Source of the DNA: an uncultured Solirubrobacterales bacterium
GTDB lineage: Bacteria > Actinomycetota > Thermoleophilia > Solirubrobacterales > 70-9
Direction of reading: 5' to 3'
Assembly (NCBI GenBank): GCA_963717375.1
Contig: OY970329.1
Coordinates: 2,748,426-2,812,425 of the forward strand
Length of the DNA stretch: 64,000 bases
The notes under the pieces are model-generated. The model was not told where the DNA came from. It was given only the letters and a program-made list of their open reading frames with translations, and searched no databases. Below, piece by piece: positions 43,420 to 52,778 of the stretch. The stretch's first letter is position 1; every line of letters begins with the position of its first letter. The position numbers were made by a program, and so were the translations under genes.

Positions 43420-46400
43420 ATGGCGTGCATGGACGGGGTGGCGATCGTCGTTTTCAGCGACTTGGTGGACTCGACCGCCCTGCTTGCGAGGTTGGGAGAC
43501 GATGGCATGGAGCGGGTGCGCCGCGCTCACGTCGAAGATGTCGCCCGCGAGGTCAAGGGTGGCGGTGGGCGCGTGGTGAAGACCCTCGGCGACGGCACGA
43601 TGGCGACCTTCGAAAGCGCGCTCGGAGCGTTGAAGGCCGCGGCCGGAATCCAAGCAGCGGTCGAGCGGCTCGACGGCGCACAGGGCAAGATCGGAATCGC
43701 CGCTCGCGTGGGGATCGCAGCCGGTGAGCCGATTTCCGACGGGGACGACCTACACGGGATGACGGTGGTGATCGCCAGCCGGCTCTGCTCCGCGGCGGGC
43801 ACCGGCGAGGTGTTGGTCCAGGGAGTCGTGGAGTCGCTGGTCGCCTCGCGTGACGGCCTCAGCCTCGAAGCCGCGAGCGAGTACGAGCTGAAGGGAGTTC
43901 CGGACCCGGTCCAGGCTTCGAGGCTGATTTGGAAGGAGCTCGCGGGGGGGACGGAGGCGGCTTCGGTCGGGTTCGACATGACGCGGACCCCGGCCCTCGG
44001 CAAAGGCTCATCGACGGACGATGAGGTGTTGTGCATCGGTCTCCTCGGGGCGTTCTCCGTCAGCGCCGGCGACAGCGTCATCGCCGACGACGCCTGGCGG
44101 CTGCGCAAGGCCAAGACGCTGATCAAGCTGCTCGCCCTCGCTCCCGAGCGCCGCATCCACGTCGACCAGGCCATCGAGCTGCTGTGGGCGGGGCGGGATC
44201 CGGACTCCGCCCGCAACAACCTCCATCAGGCGATATTCGCGGCCCGGCGCGCGCTTGACTCGATCGGGCTGGACGGCGGCCGCTACCTGGAGCTGCGCGA
44301 AGAACTGATCCTGCTCAGCCCCGAGGACCCGGTCCGGATCGACGCGGTCGCCTTCGAAGAGCTCGCCGCCGCGGCGCGCGAGCAGGGCGACCCTGGCGCC
44401 TACCGCTCGGCGCTCGAGGACTTCGACGCCGAGCTGCTGCCGGCTGACCGCTACGAGGACTGGAGCCGGGAGCGGCGCGACTCGCTCGAAGAGCTCCGCC
44501 TCGCCCTGGAGGCTGAGCTGGCGGAGTTGGAGGAGCGCGACGAGCCTGAAGCGGCGGCTGGCCGCGGGCCCAAGCTGCCGTCACAGCTGACTAGCTTCGT
44601 CGGCCGCGAGCGCGAGCTGGCAGAGGCCGCGGCGCTGCTGCGCGATGCGAGGCTCCTCACCTTGACCGGGGCCGGCGGCTGCGGCAAGACCAGGCTGGCT
44701 CTGCAGCTTGCCGGGCAGCAGGGGGAGGATTTCTCCGACGGAGTCTGGCTGGTCGAGCTGGCGGCGCTCGGCGAGCCCGAGCTGGTCGGGCCAGCGGTCG
44801 CCCAGGCCCTGGACACCCGGCTCGCCTCCGACCGGGCGCCAGAGGTCGCCCTCGCAAGTCACATCGGCGACCGCCAGCAGCTGCTCCTGCTCGACAACTG
44901 TGAGCACCTGGTCGAGCCGATCGCCCACCTCGCCGAGGCCCTACTCAGCCGCTGCCCGAACCTGACCGTGCTGGCGACCAGCCGCGAGCCGCTCCGCATC
45001 CCTGGCGAGGCCACCTGGCGCGTCCCCTCGCTCTCCCTCCCCAGGCTGGTCCCCGGAGCGCCCGCGGAGGAGTCCCTGGCGGCTGAGTCGGTGCGACTGT
45101 TCGCCACCCGGGCCGCGCAGGCCGCCCCCGGATTTGAGCTCGGCGCCGACAACGCGGACGCCGTCGCCTCCCTTTGCCACCGTCTCGACGGGATGCCGCT
45201 GGCGATCGAGCTGGCGGCGGCCCAAGCGGCCGTTCTCACTCCGGCTCAGATCGTCGAGCGCCTCGACGACTCGCTCGACCTGCTCTCGGCCGGGGCCCGC
45301 ACGGCGATGACCCGACAGCAGACGCTGCGGGCGACGCTCGCCTGGAGCTTTGACCTGCTCGACGCCTCCGAGCAGGTGCTGCTGCGCCGGCTCGCAGTGT
45401 TCGCCGGCGCCTTTGGGCTGGAGGCGGCGGAGGACGTCTGTGCCGAGGACCCGTTGCGGCGCAGCGAGGTCGCCGCCCTGCTGGGCAGGCTGATCGACAA
45501 GTCGCTGGTCCAGGTCGAAGGGGGATCCGGCGACCGTCGCTACCGGCTGCTGGAGACCGTGCGCCAGTACGCGGTCGAGCGTCTCGAGGAGGCTGGGGAA
45601 CGGTCCGTCCTAGAGCGGTGCCATTGCGACTGGTACGTCGAGCTGGCCGAGAGCGACCCGACACCGGCCGGCGAGCTGCCGGCCCGGATCACGCTGCGGG
45701 GCCTCGATCGGGAGCGGGACAACCTGCGCGCCGCCCTGGCCTCGGCGCTGGCCGCCGATCCTCAAGCGGCGCTGCGTCTTGCTGTCGCCCTCTGGCGTTT
45801 CTGGCTGATGCGCGGCTACCTCGCCGAGGGGTATCGCTGGCTCACCGCTGCCCTGGCCGCGGCGCCCGAGCCCACGGCGGTGCGCGCCCGCGCCCTGCTC
45901 GCCGCCTGCGTAATCGGGCTGCGCCGCGGCGTCCACGGGCGGATCCACGAGTTCGCGAGCGAGAGCGTTGCGATCTTCCGCGAGCTCGAGGACCGGGCCG
46001 GGATGTTCGACGCGGTCGAGGTCTCGGCGGCTTACCGGACGATCGTCAGTCCCGCGCAGGACGTCGAGCGCCTCGTGCGCGAACACGAGGCGCTGGTCGC
46101 CGACGACCTGCCGGCCGAGCGGCCGCCGATGTGGGCGGCCCACACGCGCGGCATCGCCGCCTGGTTCCGGCGCGAATACGGCCCCGCACGAGAGCAGCTG
46201 GAAGCCGCGCTGGGGCACGCCGGCGCTCTGGCCGCCGAGCCGCGCCCGGCGCTCTGGCCGCTCAGCTACGGGTTCGTCTCGGTCGAGCCCGAGACCGGCT
46301 ACCCGCTCTTCCTACACGAGGACACCACGATCGTCGCCCGCCGCGTGGGCGGCGCCGCGGCCGCCGCCCACATCCTCGTCAACCTCGCCGCGGTGGATCG

Positions 46401-47013
46401 CGCCGAGGCCGACTTCGCCCACGCGGAGGAGCTGATCGAGGAGAGCCTCGCCCGCTTCGAGCAGCTCGGCGACCAGCAGGGCGAGGCCTTTGCGCTCAAC
46501 GCCTTTGGCAACCTGGCCCGCTCCGGCGGCGACTTTGAGCGAGGCCGGTCGCTGCTCGAGCGCAGCCTCGCCCTGCGGCAGGAAATCGGCGACCGCCGCG
46601 GCGCCGGAATCACCCTCAGCTGCCTGGCGATGCTCCTGGCCCGCTCCGGCGACGCGGACGGCGCCCGCATCTCAGCCGGGCAGAGCCGGACCTGGTTCGC
46701 CGAAAACGACGACCTGATCGGCCTCGGCGCCGCCGAGCTGAGCCTGGCGAACGTGGCGCTGTGCGCCGGCGATCGCGCCGATGCCCGGGCTCACCTCGAG
46801 GCCGCCGTCTCGGTCTTCGGAGGGATCGGGACGACCCACCAGGGGGGGTGGGCGCTGGCAGTGCTGGCGGCGATCTGCGCGGAGGACGGCGAGGCGGCGA
46901 TGGGGCGCCGCTGGCTGGACCGGGCGAGCCGGCACTTCGAGCTGCTCGAGTGCGACGCCGGCATCGCATACTGCCGGAATCTGGAGGCTAAGGCGCTGCA
47001 AAGTGGGTGCTAA
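43420..47013 (+). CDS. Class III nucleotidyl cyclase domain + SARP (wHTH+BTAD) + NB-ARC ATPase + TPR protein
   Basis: Cyclase motifs [10 protein letters not shown] and [11 protein letters not shown]. SARP segment LLGAFSV...[26 protein letters not shown]. Walker A [13 protein letters not shown], Walker B [10 protein letters not shown], and a C-terminal TPR-like region. 1197 aa. Confidence 0.85.
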   Translation: [1197 protein letters not shown]

Positions 47014-47085
47014 GAGGTGGCTCCTAGCCTCGCTGTGCGTCGTTGAGGCGCGATCTAAACCAACCCATACCGAGAGGGAGCCGAG

Positions 47086-48483
47086 ATGGCCACGCAGGGA
47101 GTGCTTGGAGCGGCAACGCTGAAGGAGTTCGAGGACGGTCTGCACGGAGAGATGGTCAAGCCCGGCGATGGCGGCTACGACGAGGCGCGCTCGATTTGGA
47201 ACGGCGCGCACGATGCCCGCCCGGCGCTGATCGCCCGCTGCGCCGACGCCTCTGATGTGCGCCACGCGGTCGGCTTCGCTCGCAGCGAGGGCCTGGACGT
47301 CGCCGTGCGCGGCGGCAGCCACAGCATTCCCGGCTTCTCCACCGTCGAGGGTGGGATCGTCATCGACCTCTCGCCGATGAAGGGCATCAAGGTGGATGTG
47401 GGCGGGCGGACCGCAACCGCCCAAGGGGGGGTCCTCTGGAACGAGTTCGACGCCGCCACCCAGGAGCACGGCCTCGCCACCACCGGTGGCCTGGTCTCGA
47501 CCACCGGCGTCGCCGGCTTCACCTTGGGCGGCGGGATCGGCTGGCTGATGCGCAAGCACGGCCTCGCCTGCGACAACCTGCGTTCTGCCGAGGTCGTCAC
47601 CGCCGACGGACAGGTCCTCACCGCCAGCGCGACCGAGAACCAGGATCTGTTCTGGGCCCTGCGCGGCGGAGGCGGCAACTTCGGCGTCGTCACCTCCTTC
47701 GAGTTCGACCTGCACCCGGTCGGCCCGACCGTCACGGCCGGCCCGGTCTTCTACCCCGGCGAGCGGGCGGAGGAGATCCTGCGCTTCTACCGCGACTTCA
47801 CGGGCGACCTCCCGGACGAGCTGACCACCTTTGCCAACCTGCTGACCGCGCCGCCGGCGCCCTTCCTGCCCGAGGAGTGGCACGGCAAGAAGCTGATCGG
47901 CCTGATCGGCTGCTACTCCGGCGACCCCGAGGAGGGGGCGAAGGCGATGCAGCCGCTCCGCGATCTGGGCGACCCGGTGGCCGACCTGGTCGGCCCGATG
48001 CCCTACGTCCAGATGCAGGGCCTGGTCGACGCGCTCTACCTGCGCGGGACCAAGGCCTACATGAAGGCCGGCTACATGCGGGATCTGGACGACAAGGCGA
48101 TCGAGACCCTGGTCCGCTGCCACCAGGACGCGACCTCGCCGGCATCGGAGATCCACGTCCACCACTTCGGGGGCGCGGTGGCCCGCGCCGATGCCGACGA
48201 GACTGCCTACGGGGAGCGCCAGGCGCCCTACGTGCTCAACATCATCGCCATGTCGCACGAGCCGGGCGGGCTGGACACCCACATCGATTGGGCGCAGCGG
48301 CTCTACGCCGAGATCGAGCCGTCGCTGACCGGCGCCGCCTACATCAACTTCCTCTCGGCCGAGGGTGAGGATCGTGTGCGAGCCGCCTACGGGGCGGAGA
48401 AGTTCGACCGGCTGCGGGCGCTGAAGGACCGCTATGACCCGACCAATCTGTTCCACCTGAACCAGAACATCCCGCCGTCGTGA
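47086..48483 (+). CDS. FAD-linked oxidase with BBE (berberine-bridge-like) C-terminal domain
   Basis: FAD_binding_4 region VAVRGGSHSIPGFS and GGGNFGVVTSFEF. C-terminal BBE tail YDPTNLFHLNQNI. Confidence 0.85.
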   Translation: MATQGVLGAATLKEFEDGLHGEMVKPGDGGYDEARSIWNGAHDARPALIARCADASDVRHAVGFARSEGLDVAVRGGSHSIPGFSTVEGGIVIDLSPMKGIKVDVGGRTATAQGGVLWNEFDAATQEHGLATTGGLVSTTGVAGFTLGGGIGWLMRKHGLACDNLRSAEVVTADGQVLTASATENQDLFWALRGGGGNFGVVTSFEFDLHPVGPTVTAGPVFYPGERAEEILRFYRDFTGDLPDELTTFANLLTAPPAPFLPEEWHGKKLIGLIGCYSGDPEEGAKAMQPLRDLGDPVADLVGPMPYVQMQGLVDALYLRGTKAYMKAGYMRDLDDKAIETLVRCHQDATSPASEIHVHHFGGAVARADADETAYGERQAPYVLNIIAMSHEPGGLDTHIDWAQRLYAEIEPSLTGAAYINFLSAEGEDRVRAAYGAEKFDRLRALKDRYDPTNLFHLNQNIPPS

Positions 48484-48518
48484 GGCGGGGTGTGAGGGCC
48501 AAAACCCCTCCTCGCGCT

Positions 48519-49646
48519 ATGGCGGAGGCAATCGTGTGCGGTGCCGGAACGGCTGGGCTCGCGTCGGCTGCCGCGCTTAGAGCAGCAGGCGTCGAGGTGG
48601 TTGTGCTGGAGCGGACCGACCGGGTCGGCGCCAGCTGGCGGACACGCTACGACGACCTGCGGCTCAACACGCCGGGCTGGATGTCGACGCAGCCCGGCTA
48701 TCGCGCCAGCCGCCGCCGCTACGGCGAGTACCCGACCAGGGACGCGTGGATCCGCTACCTCGAGGACTACGCGGCCCATCATCGCATCGACGTTCGTTTC
48801 GGCACGCAGGTGCGGCGACTGGAGCCCGTCGAGGAGGAGTGGCGGCTAGAGACCGACGGCGACGAGGGTCTGCGGGCGCGCTTCGTAGTTATCGCGACGG
48901 GCTTTGACCGCGACCCCGAGCTGCCCGACTGGCCGGGTCGCGACAGCTTCAGCGGCGGGCTCATCCATTCCAGTGCCTACCGAAACCCCGAGCCCTACCG
49001 CGGCCGCGACGTTCTCGTCGTCGGGCCGGGGACCACCGGCTCGGAGGTCGCGACGCTGCTCGCGCGGGGCGGCGCCGGAAGGGTGCGCGTGGCCTGTCGG
49101 ACCCCGCCGAACCTGACGGTTCGCAAGATCATGGGCGCCTCGGTCAACATCCACGGCCTGGTGCTCGAGCGCCTGCCGCTGAGCGTCGCCGATCGGGCTG
49201 GCTGGCTGTCGCAGCGCAGGCTCTTCGGCAAACTCGACCGCCACGGGCTTCCGCGCTCGCCGATCGGAATCGCGACGCAAAGCCGCCGGCAACAAGCGCC
49301 GGCCTACGACAGCGGGTTCGTCGGTCTTCTCAAGTCAGGCCGGATCGAGATCGTCGCCGCTGTCGAGGGTTTCGACGGCGAGGACGTGCTGCTCGCCGAC
49401 GGCACACGAATCCAACCGCAAGCGGTCATAGCGGCAACGGGCTATGGACGTGGGCTGCGGCCGTTGATCGGTCACCTCGGGGTGCTCGACGAGGATGGCA
49501 AGCCGCTCGTCGGCGGCGGTAGCGAGCACCCCTCTGCAAGGGGACTGTTCTTCAACGGCTACAGGTCAAATCTCAGCGGACAGTTGCGGCTGATGCGTCT
49601 GGACGCACGGGCTATCGCACGCGCAGTCAAGAAGCAGAGGGCGTAG
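48519..49646 (+). CDS. Flavin-containing monooxygenase-like NAD(P)/FAD oxidoreductase
   Basis: N-terminal dinucleotide motif IVCGAGTAGLASA and a second Rossmann motif VVGPGTTGSEVA. The upstream GTG 48480 overlaps the BBE oxidase stop. Confidence 0.8.
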   Translation: MAEAIVCGAGTAGLASAAALRAAGVEVVVLERTDRVGASWRTRYDDLRLNTPGWMSTQPGYRASRRRYGEYPTRDAWIRYLEDYAAHHRIDVRFGTQVRRLEPVEEEWRLETDGDEGLRARFVVIATGFDRDPELPDWPGRDSFSGGLIHSSAYRNPEPYRGRDVLVVGPGTTGSEVATLLARGGAGRVRVACRTPPNLTVRKIMGASVNIHGLVLERLPLSVADRAGWLSQRRLFGKLDRHGLPRSPIGIATQSRRQQAPAYDSGFVGLLKSGRIEIVAAVEGFDGEDVLLADGTRIQPQAVIAATGYGRGLRPLIGHLGVLDEDGKPLVGGGSEHPSARGLFFNGYRSNLSGQLRLMRLDARAIARAVKKQRA

Positions 49647-49853
49647 GCGCCGCTGCCGGTAGCGCACGCCGTCAGGCACAGGGAAAATCAAACCGCCACC
49701 TCGAGTTTCGGGCACTCCTGCGCCGGAGTTCCCAAATCGCTGCATATCGGCGCATATCTACACGTGTTCCTGATCGCGGTCGTCCGTCGGGCCGCTACGA
49801 AACCCCTGCAAGCCGCTACTTTCGCGGCGCGCAGTTCTCAGAGTCCTGCCTAA

Positions 49854-49895
49854 TTGCCATGCAGAAGGTCGTGGGTTCGAATCCCATCAGCCGCT
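49854..49895 (+). repeat. Displaced copy of tRNA-Gly 3' half (att-like repeat 1)
   Basis: TTGCCATGCAGAAGGTCGTGGGTTCGAATCCCATCAGCCGCT is 40/42 identical to 35188-35229. The two differences form a compensatory T-stem pair. Confidence 0.8.
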
Positions 49896-49912
49896 TTCTT
49901 TCCTGTGTCCGG

Positions 49913-50268
49913 CTAGGTAATGCTGGAGTCACGGGCGGTGCGCCGGCGCTGCAGGCGGGATTCGGCGAATTTTCTTATCAACGCCGCGAGCACGATCAAG
50001 ACGGACGAAGTAAATGCGAACATCATCCCCCCGACCCAGAGGGGGAGCACCGGATCACCCGTCTTATCCGCCGGCAGACCGAACGGGATCGTGAGGGGTA
50101 TGGCCAAGAGCGACAGAGCCGCAAGACGGAAGTCCCCGGTTCCGGCGCCCAGGAGTACCGATATGCCCGGCAGATCGTTCCCCACGACCCCCCGGGGTCG
50201 GCGTTCATTGAAAAGACGGCGATGACCAGGCCGATCAAATAGGCCGCGATAAGGGCGATCCGAGTCAT
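49913..50268 (-). pseudogene. Small multi-TM membrane protein gene split by a frameshift in a C6G4 run
   Basis: MTRIALIAAYLIGLVIAVFSMNADPGG (frame A) continues sensibly as VVGNDLPGISVLLGAGTGDFRLAALSLLAIPLTIPFGL...MMFAFTSSVLIVLAALI in the ORF 49913-50314 frame. The switch is at the homopolymer 50188-50197. Confidence 0.35.
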
Positions 50269-50409
50269 AAATGCGAGGGTACCCCAGCGGGTTTTTTCCA
50301 AGCTTCCTTCGCAAAAGAAGATTGTGCAGCGGGCAAACTTCGCTGCCCTAACAGGACCGAATCGTGCCTGACTCAACCTAATTCAAGGCCCTCGGCTACG
50401 GTTTCGCGC

Positions 50410-51330
50410 GTGAATCTGCAACGGGGCATCGCTGCTCGGTCGGGCGAGTTCCTGCTCTTCGCGGTGACGCCGCCGCGACTGACGACGAGTCCCAAGGAGG
50501 CCGCGGAGATCGGTCGGGTCACCCTGGAGCGGCTGCGACCCCTGGCGATCGACGGCCTCGTCCTCTACGACATCGACGACGAGAGCGACCGCAATCCTGA
50601 CGAGCGCCCGTTCCCGTTCCTGCCGACGATGGACCCCGCCGCCTATCTCGTCCGTGATCTAGGCCGGCTGGAGGTCCCCGCGATCGTCTACCGCGCGGTG
50701 GGCAAGTACCCAGAGGATCGTTTCCGCTCCTGGCTGGAGGAGCAGGACCCGTCCCGGGCGCTGACGGTGTTCGTCGGGTCCTCCTCGCGCGAGAAGGCGG
50801 TCCTCACCTCGCTCGCCCGGGCCTACGAGCTGCGCGACGAGGTGCGGCCGGAGCTGCCGCTCGGCGGGGTCGCAATCGCCGAGCGCCACGCGCGCCAAGG
50901 CGACGAGCACCTGCGGCTGATCGCGAAGCAGGCCGCGGGCTGCTCCTTCTTCATCACCCAGATCGTCTACGACGTCAACGCGGCCAAGAACCTGATCTCT
51001 GACTACCACCACGAGTGCGCCGCGCAGAGCCTCGAGCCGGTGCCGATCGTGTTCAGCTTCTCGGTCTGCGGTTCGCTCAAGACCCTGGAGTTCCTCCAGT
51101 GGCTCGGCGTCACCGTCCCACGCTGGATCGAGAACGAGCTTCGCCATGCCGACGACACCCTCGATGCCTCCTACGAGCAGGCGGTCGCGACGGCCCTGGA
51201 CCTGATCGCGTTCTGTCGGAGGCTGGGGGCCCCGTTCGGACTCAACGTCGAGAGCGTCTCGATCCGCAAGGTCGAGATCGAGGCCTCGGTACGGCTGGCC
51301 ACACGGCTGGGAGCCGAGCTGCGCCGCTGA
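50410..51330 (+). CDS. Methylenetetrahydrofolate reductase-like protein
   Basis: 306 aa with an MTHFR-type motif GCSFFITQIVYDVNAAKNLI. Assignment is to the family only. Confidence 0.6.
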   Translation: MNLQRGIAARSGEFLLFAVTPPRLTTSPKEAAEIGRVTLERLRPLAIDGLVLYDIDDESDRNPDERPFPFLPTMDPAAYLVRDLGRLEVPAIVYRAVGKYPEDRFRSWLEEQDPSRALTVFVGSSSREKAVLTSLARAYELRDEVRPELPLGGVAIAERHARQGDEHLRLIAKQAAGCSFFITQIVYDVNAAKNLISDYHHECAAQSLEPVPIVFSFSVCGSLKTLEFLQWLGVTVPRWIENELRHADDTLDASYEQAVATALDLIAFCRRLGAPFGLNVESVSIRKVEIEASVRLATRLGAELRR

Positions 51331-51336
51331 GCTACA

Positions 51337-51369
51337 AGAAGGTTGTGGGTTCGAATCCCATCAGCCGCT
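51337..51369 (+). repeat. Displaced copy of tRNA-Gly 3' end (att-like repeat 2)
   Basis: AGAAGGTTGTGGGTTCGAATCCCATCAGCCGCT is 30/33 identical to the live tRNA and 32/33 identical to repeat 1. Confidence 0.7.
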
Positions 51370-51370
51370 T

Positions 51371-52778
51371 TCAACCGAGAAGCCGCAGCAACTCCTCGCG
51401 GTCAGGGCCTGGTATCTGCAGGCGCTCGTGCTGACCCGCCAGCTCGAGAATGCGCTCGGGCACCCCGTCCTGCGCGAAGGTCTCACTCAACGGCGTCAGG
51501 CAGGAGCGGGACTCCAGGAAGGCCTTGAAGAGGTCGGGATCATGCAGCATCGCCGCGAGAAGCGCTCCTCGAAGGGCCTGCGATGGGTCACTCGGCTGCG
51601 GTGGCTCCAATCCTTGGCGCAGCGCCTCGATTTCGCTCAGCCGGCTGCGATCCTCGGCGACCGTCTCCCGGTACCAGGGGGTCAGTCGCGCCTCGGTGGC
51701 CTCGTCCCACGCCTGTGCGAACTCCAATGGGTCCTCCAAATGCGAGCTGACGACCTCGCGTAGGGCCTGGGCGTGTGCCAGTCCGAGGGTGATGCCGCGA
51801 CCGAGCGAGGGGTTGGTGCATGCGCAGGCGTCGCCGAGCAGCGCGATGCCGGTGAGCACGGGGCGCCCGTCGTGCAGCGGGCGGCGGTAGCGGTCGAGCA
51901 CGCCGCCCATCGCCATGGGGTCGCTGATCGGCTCACCCTCCAGCCAGTGCGCATGGGCTGGGCATGCCTCGATGACGGCCCTCCACGCGTCGGGATCGCG
52001 CATCCGCTTCAGCGGCTGGTCTCCGCTCGAGATGAAGGTGGTTACCGACCAGGTGCCGTTGTCCGACGGGAGGGTCAGGACCGAGAAGGTCCCGATCGGC
52101 GCCAGCAGAGGACCGTAGGGCGGTGGCGTCGAGCCGTCCGCTGAGCGGAAGAACCGGCCGTAGTAGATGAACCCCGAATCCTCGGACTCTTCGTGCAGAG
52201 GCCCGATGTTCGCATCCTTGCACCAGCGCGGCAGCTGCGAGCCCCGGCCCGTCGCGTCAACTACGAGATCGGCCTGCAGTGTCTCGCCCGAGTCGAGGCG
52301 AACGCCAGTCACGTGCGGTGTCCCGTTGCCGGCCTCAAAGGTCGGCTCCTTCACGGTCACGCCGCGGCGCACCTCCATACCGGGCTCGTCCTCTGCCGCC
52401 GCTCCCAGGACCTGCTCGAACACCGGCCGGCGAGCGGTGTAGGTGACGAATCGCTCATCGCCTGACTGTGGGCCGCCATCGGCCAGGTTGGGTGGCATCA
52501 ACCCGAGCAAGTCCAGACGCATCGCGCCCGCCGCGACGAGCCCATCGAATACGTCGGGGAGTTCCTGCTTCAGCACCGCGCTACCAGCGGGCTGCAGGAA
52601 ATGAGCCATCCGGAACTGGGTCACGCCCTCGCGTGACCACTTCTCCCATGCCTCATCTACGGACTCCGGCACGGGATCCGCGTCGCGCTCGAGCACCGTG
52701 ACCTCGTGCCCGTGGCGCGCCAGCATCAGCCCTGACGCCAGCCCGCACACCCCACCACAATACGACGATCCTGGTCAT
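51371..52778 (-). CDS. FAD-dependent oxidoreductase/monooxygenase with disrupted 5' end
   Basis: Body matches flavoprotein monooxygenases (GLASGLMLARHGHEVTVLER...). ATG 52778 (MTRIVVL) is out of frame by one nt with the main ORF, which starts at GTG 52750. The GxGxxG motif is split between the two frames. Confidence 0.7.

Larger units (their letters stand above)
35230..49895. mobile_element. Decayed tRNA-Gly-associated genomic island (no integrase retained)
   Basis: Bounded by intact tRNA-Gly and a same-orientation 42-nt copy of its 3' half (49854-49895, 40/42 identical). Contains a gp37/gp68 remnant, an IS transposase remnant and accessory-type genes. Confidence 0.5.
49896..51369. mobile_element. 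Second, very short island remnant between the two tRNA-Gly 3' copies
   Basis: Flanked by att-like repeats 1 and 2. Holds only a frameshifted small membrane gene and an MTHFR-like gene. Visibly less GC-rich around 49.9-50.4 kb. Confidence 0.3.

Noticed and set aside
43420-47013. The cyclase-STAND protein as a Pycsar/CBASS-like signalling enzyme or an Avs-type antiphage STAND.
   Set aside because: The cyclase is fused to a SARP DNA-binding module, which is the architecture of a transcriptional regulator. No TIR, nuclease, pore-forming or other effector gene or domain is present. The neighbouring genes are flavoenzymes. A defence role cannot be excluded, but nothing visible in the sequence supports it.
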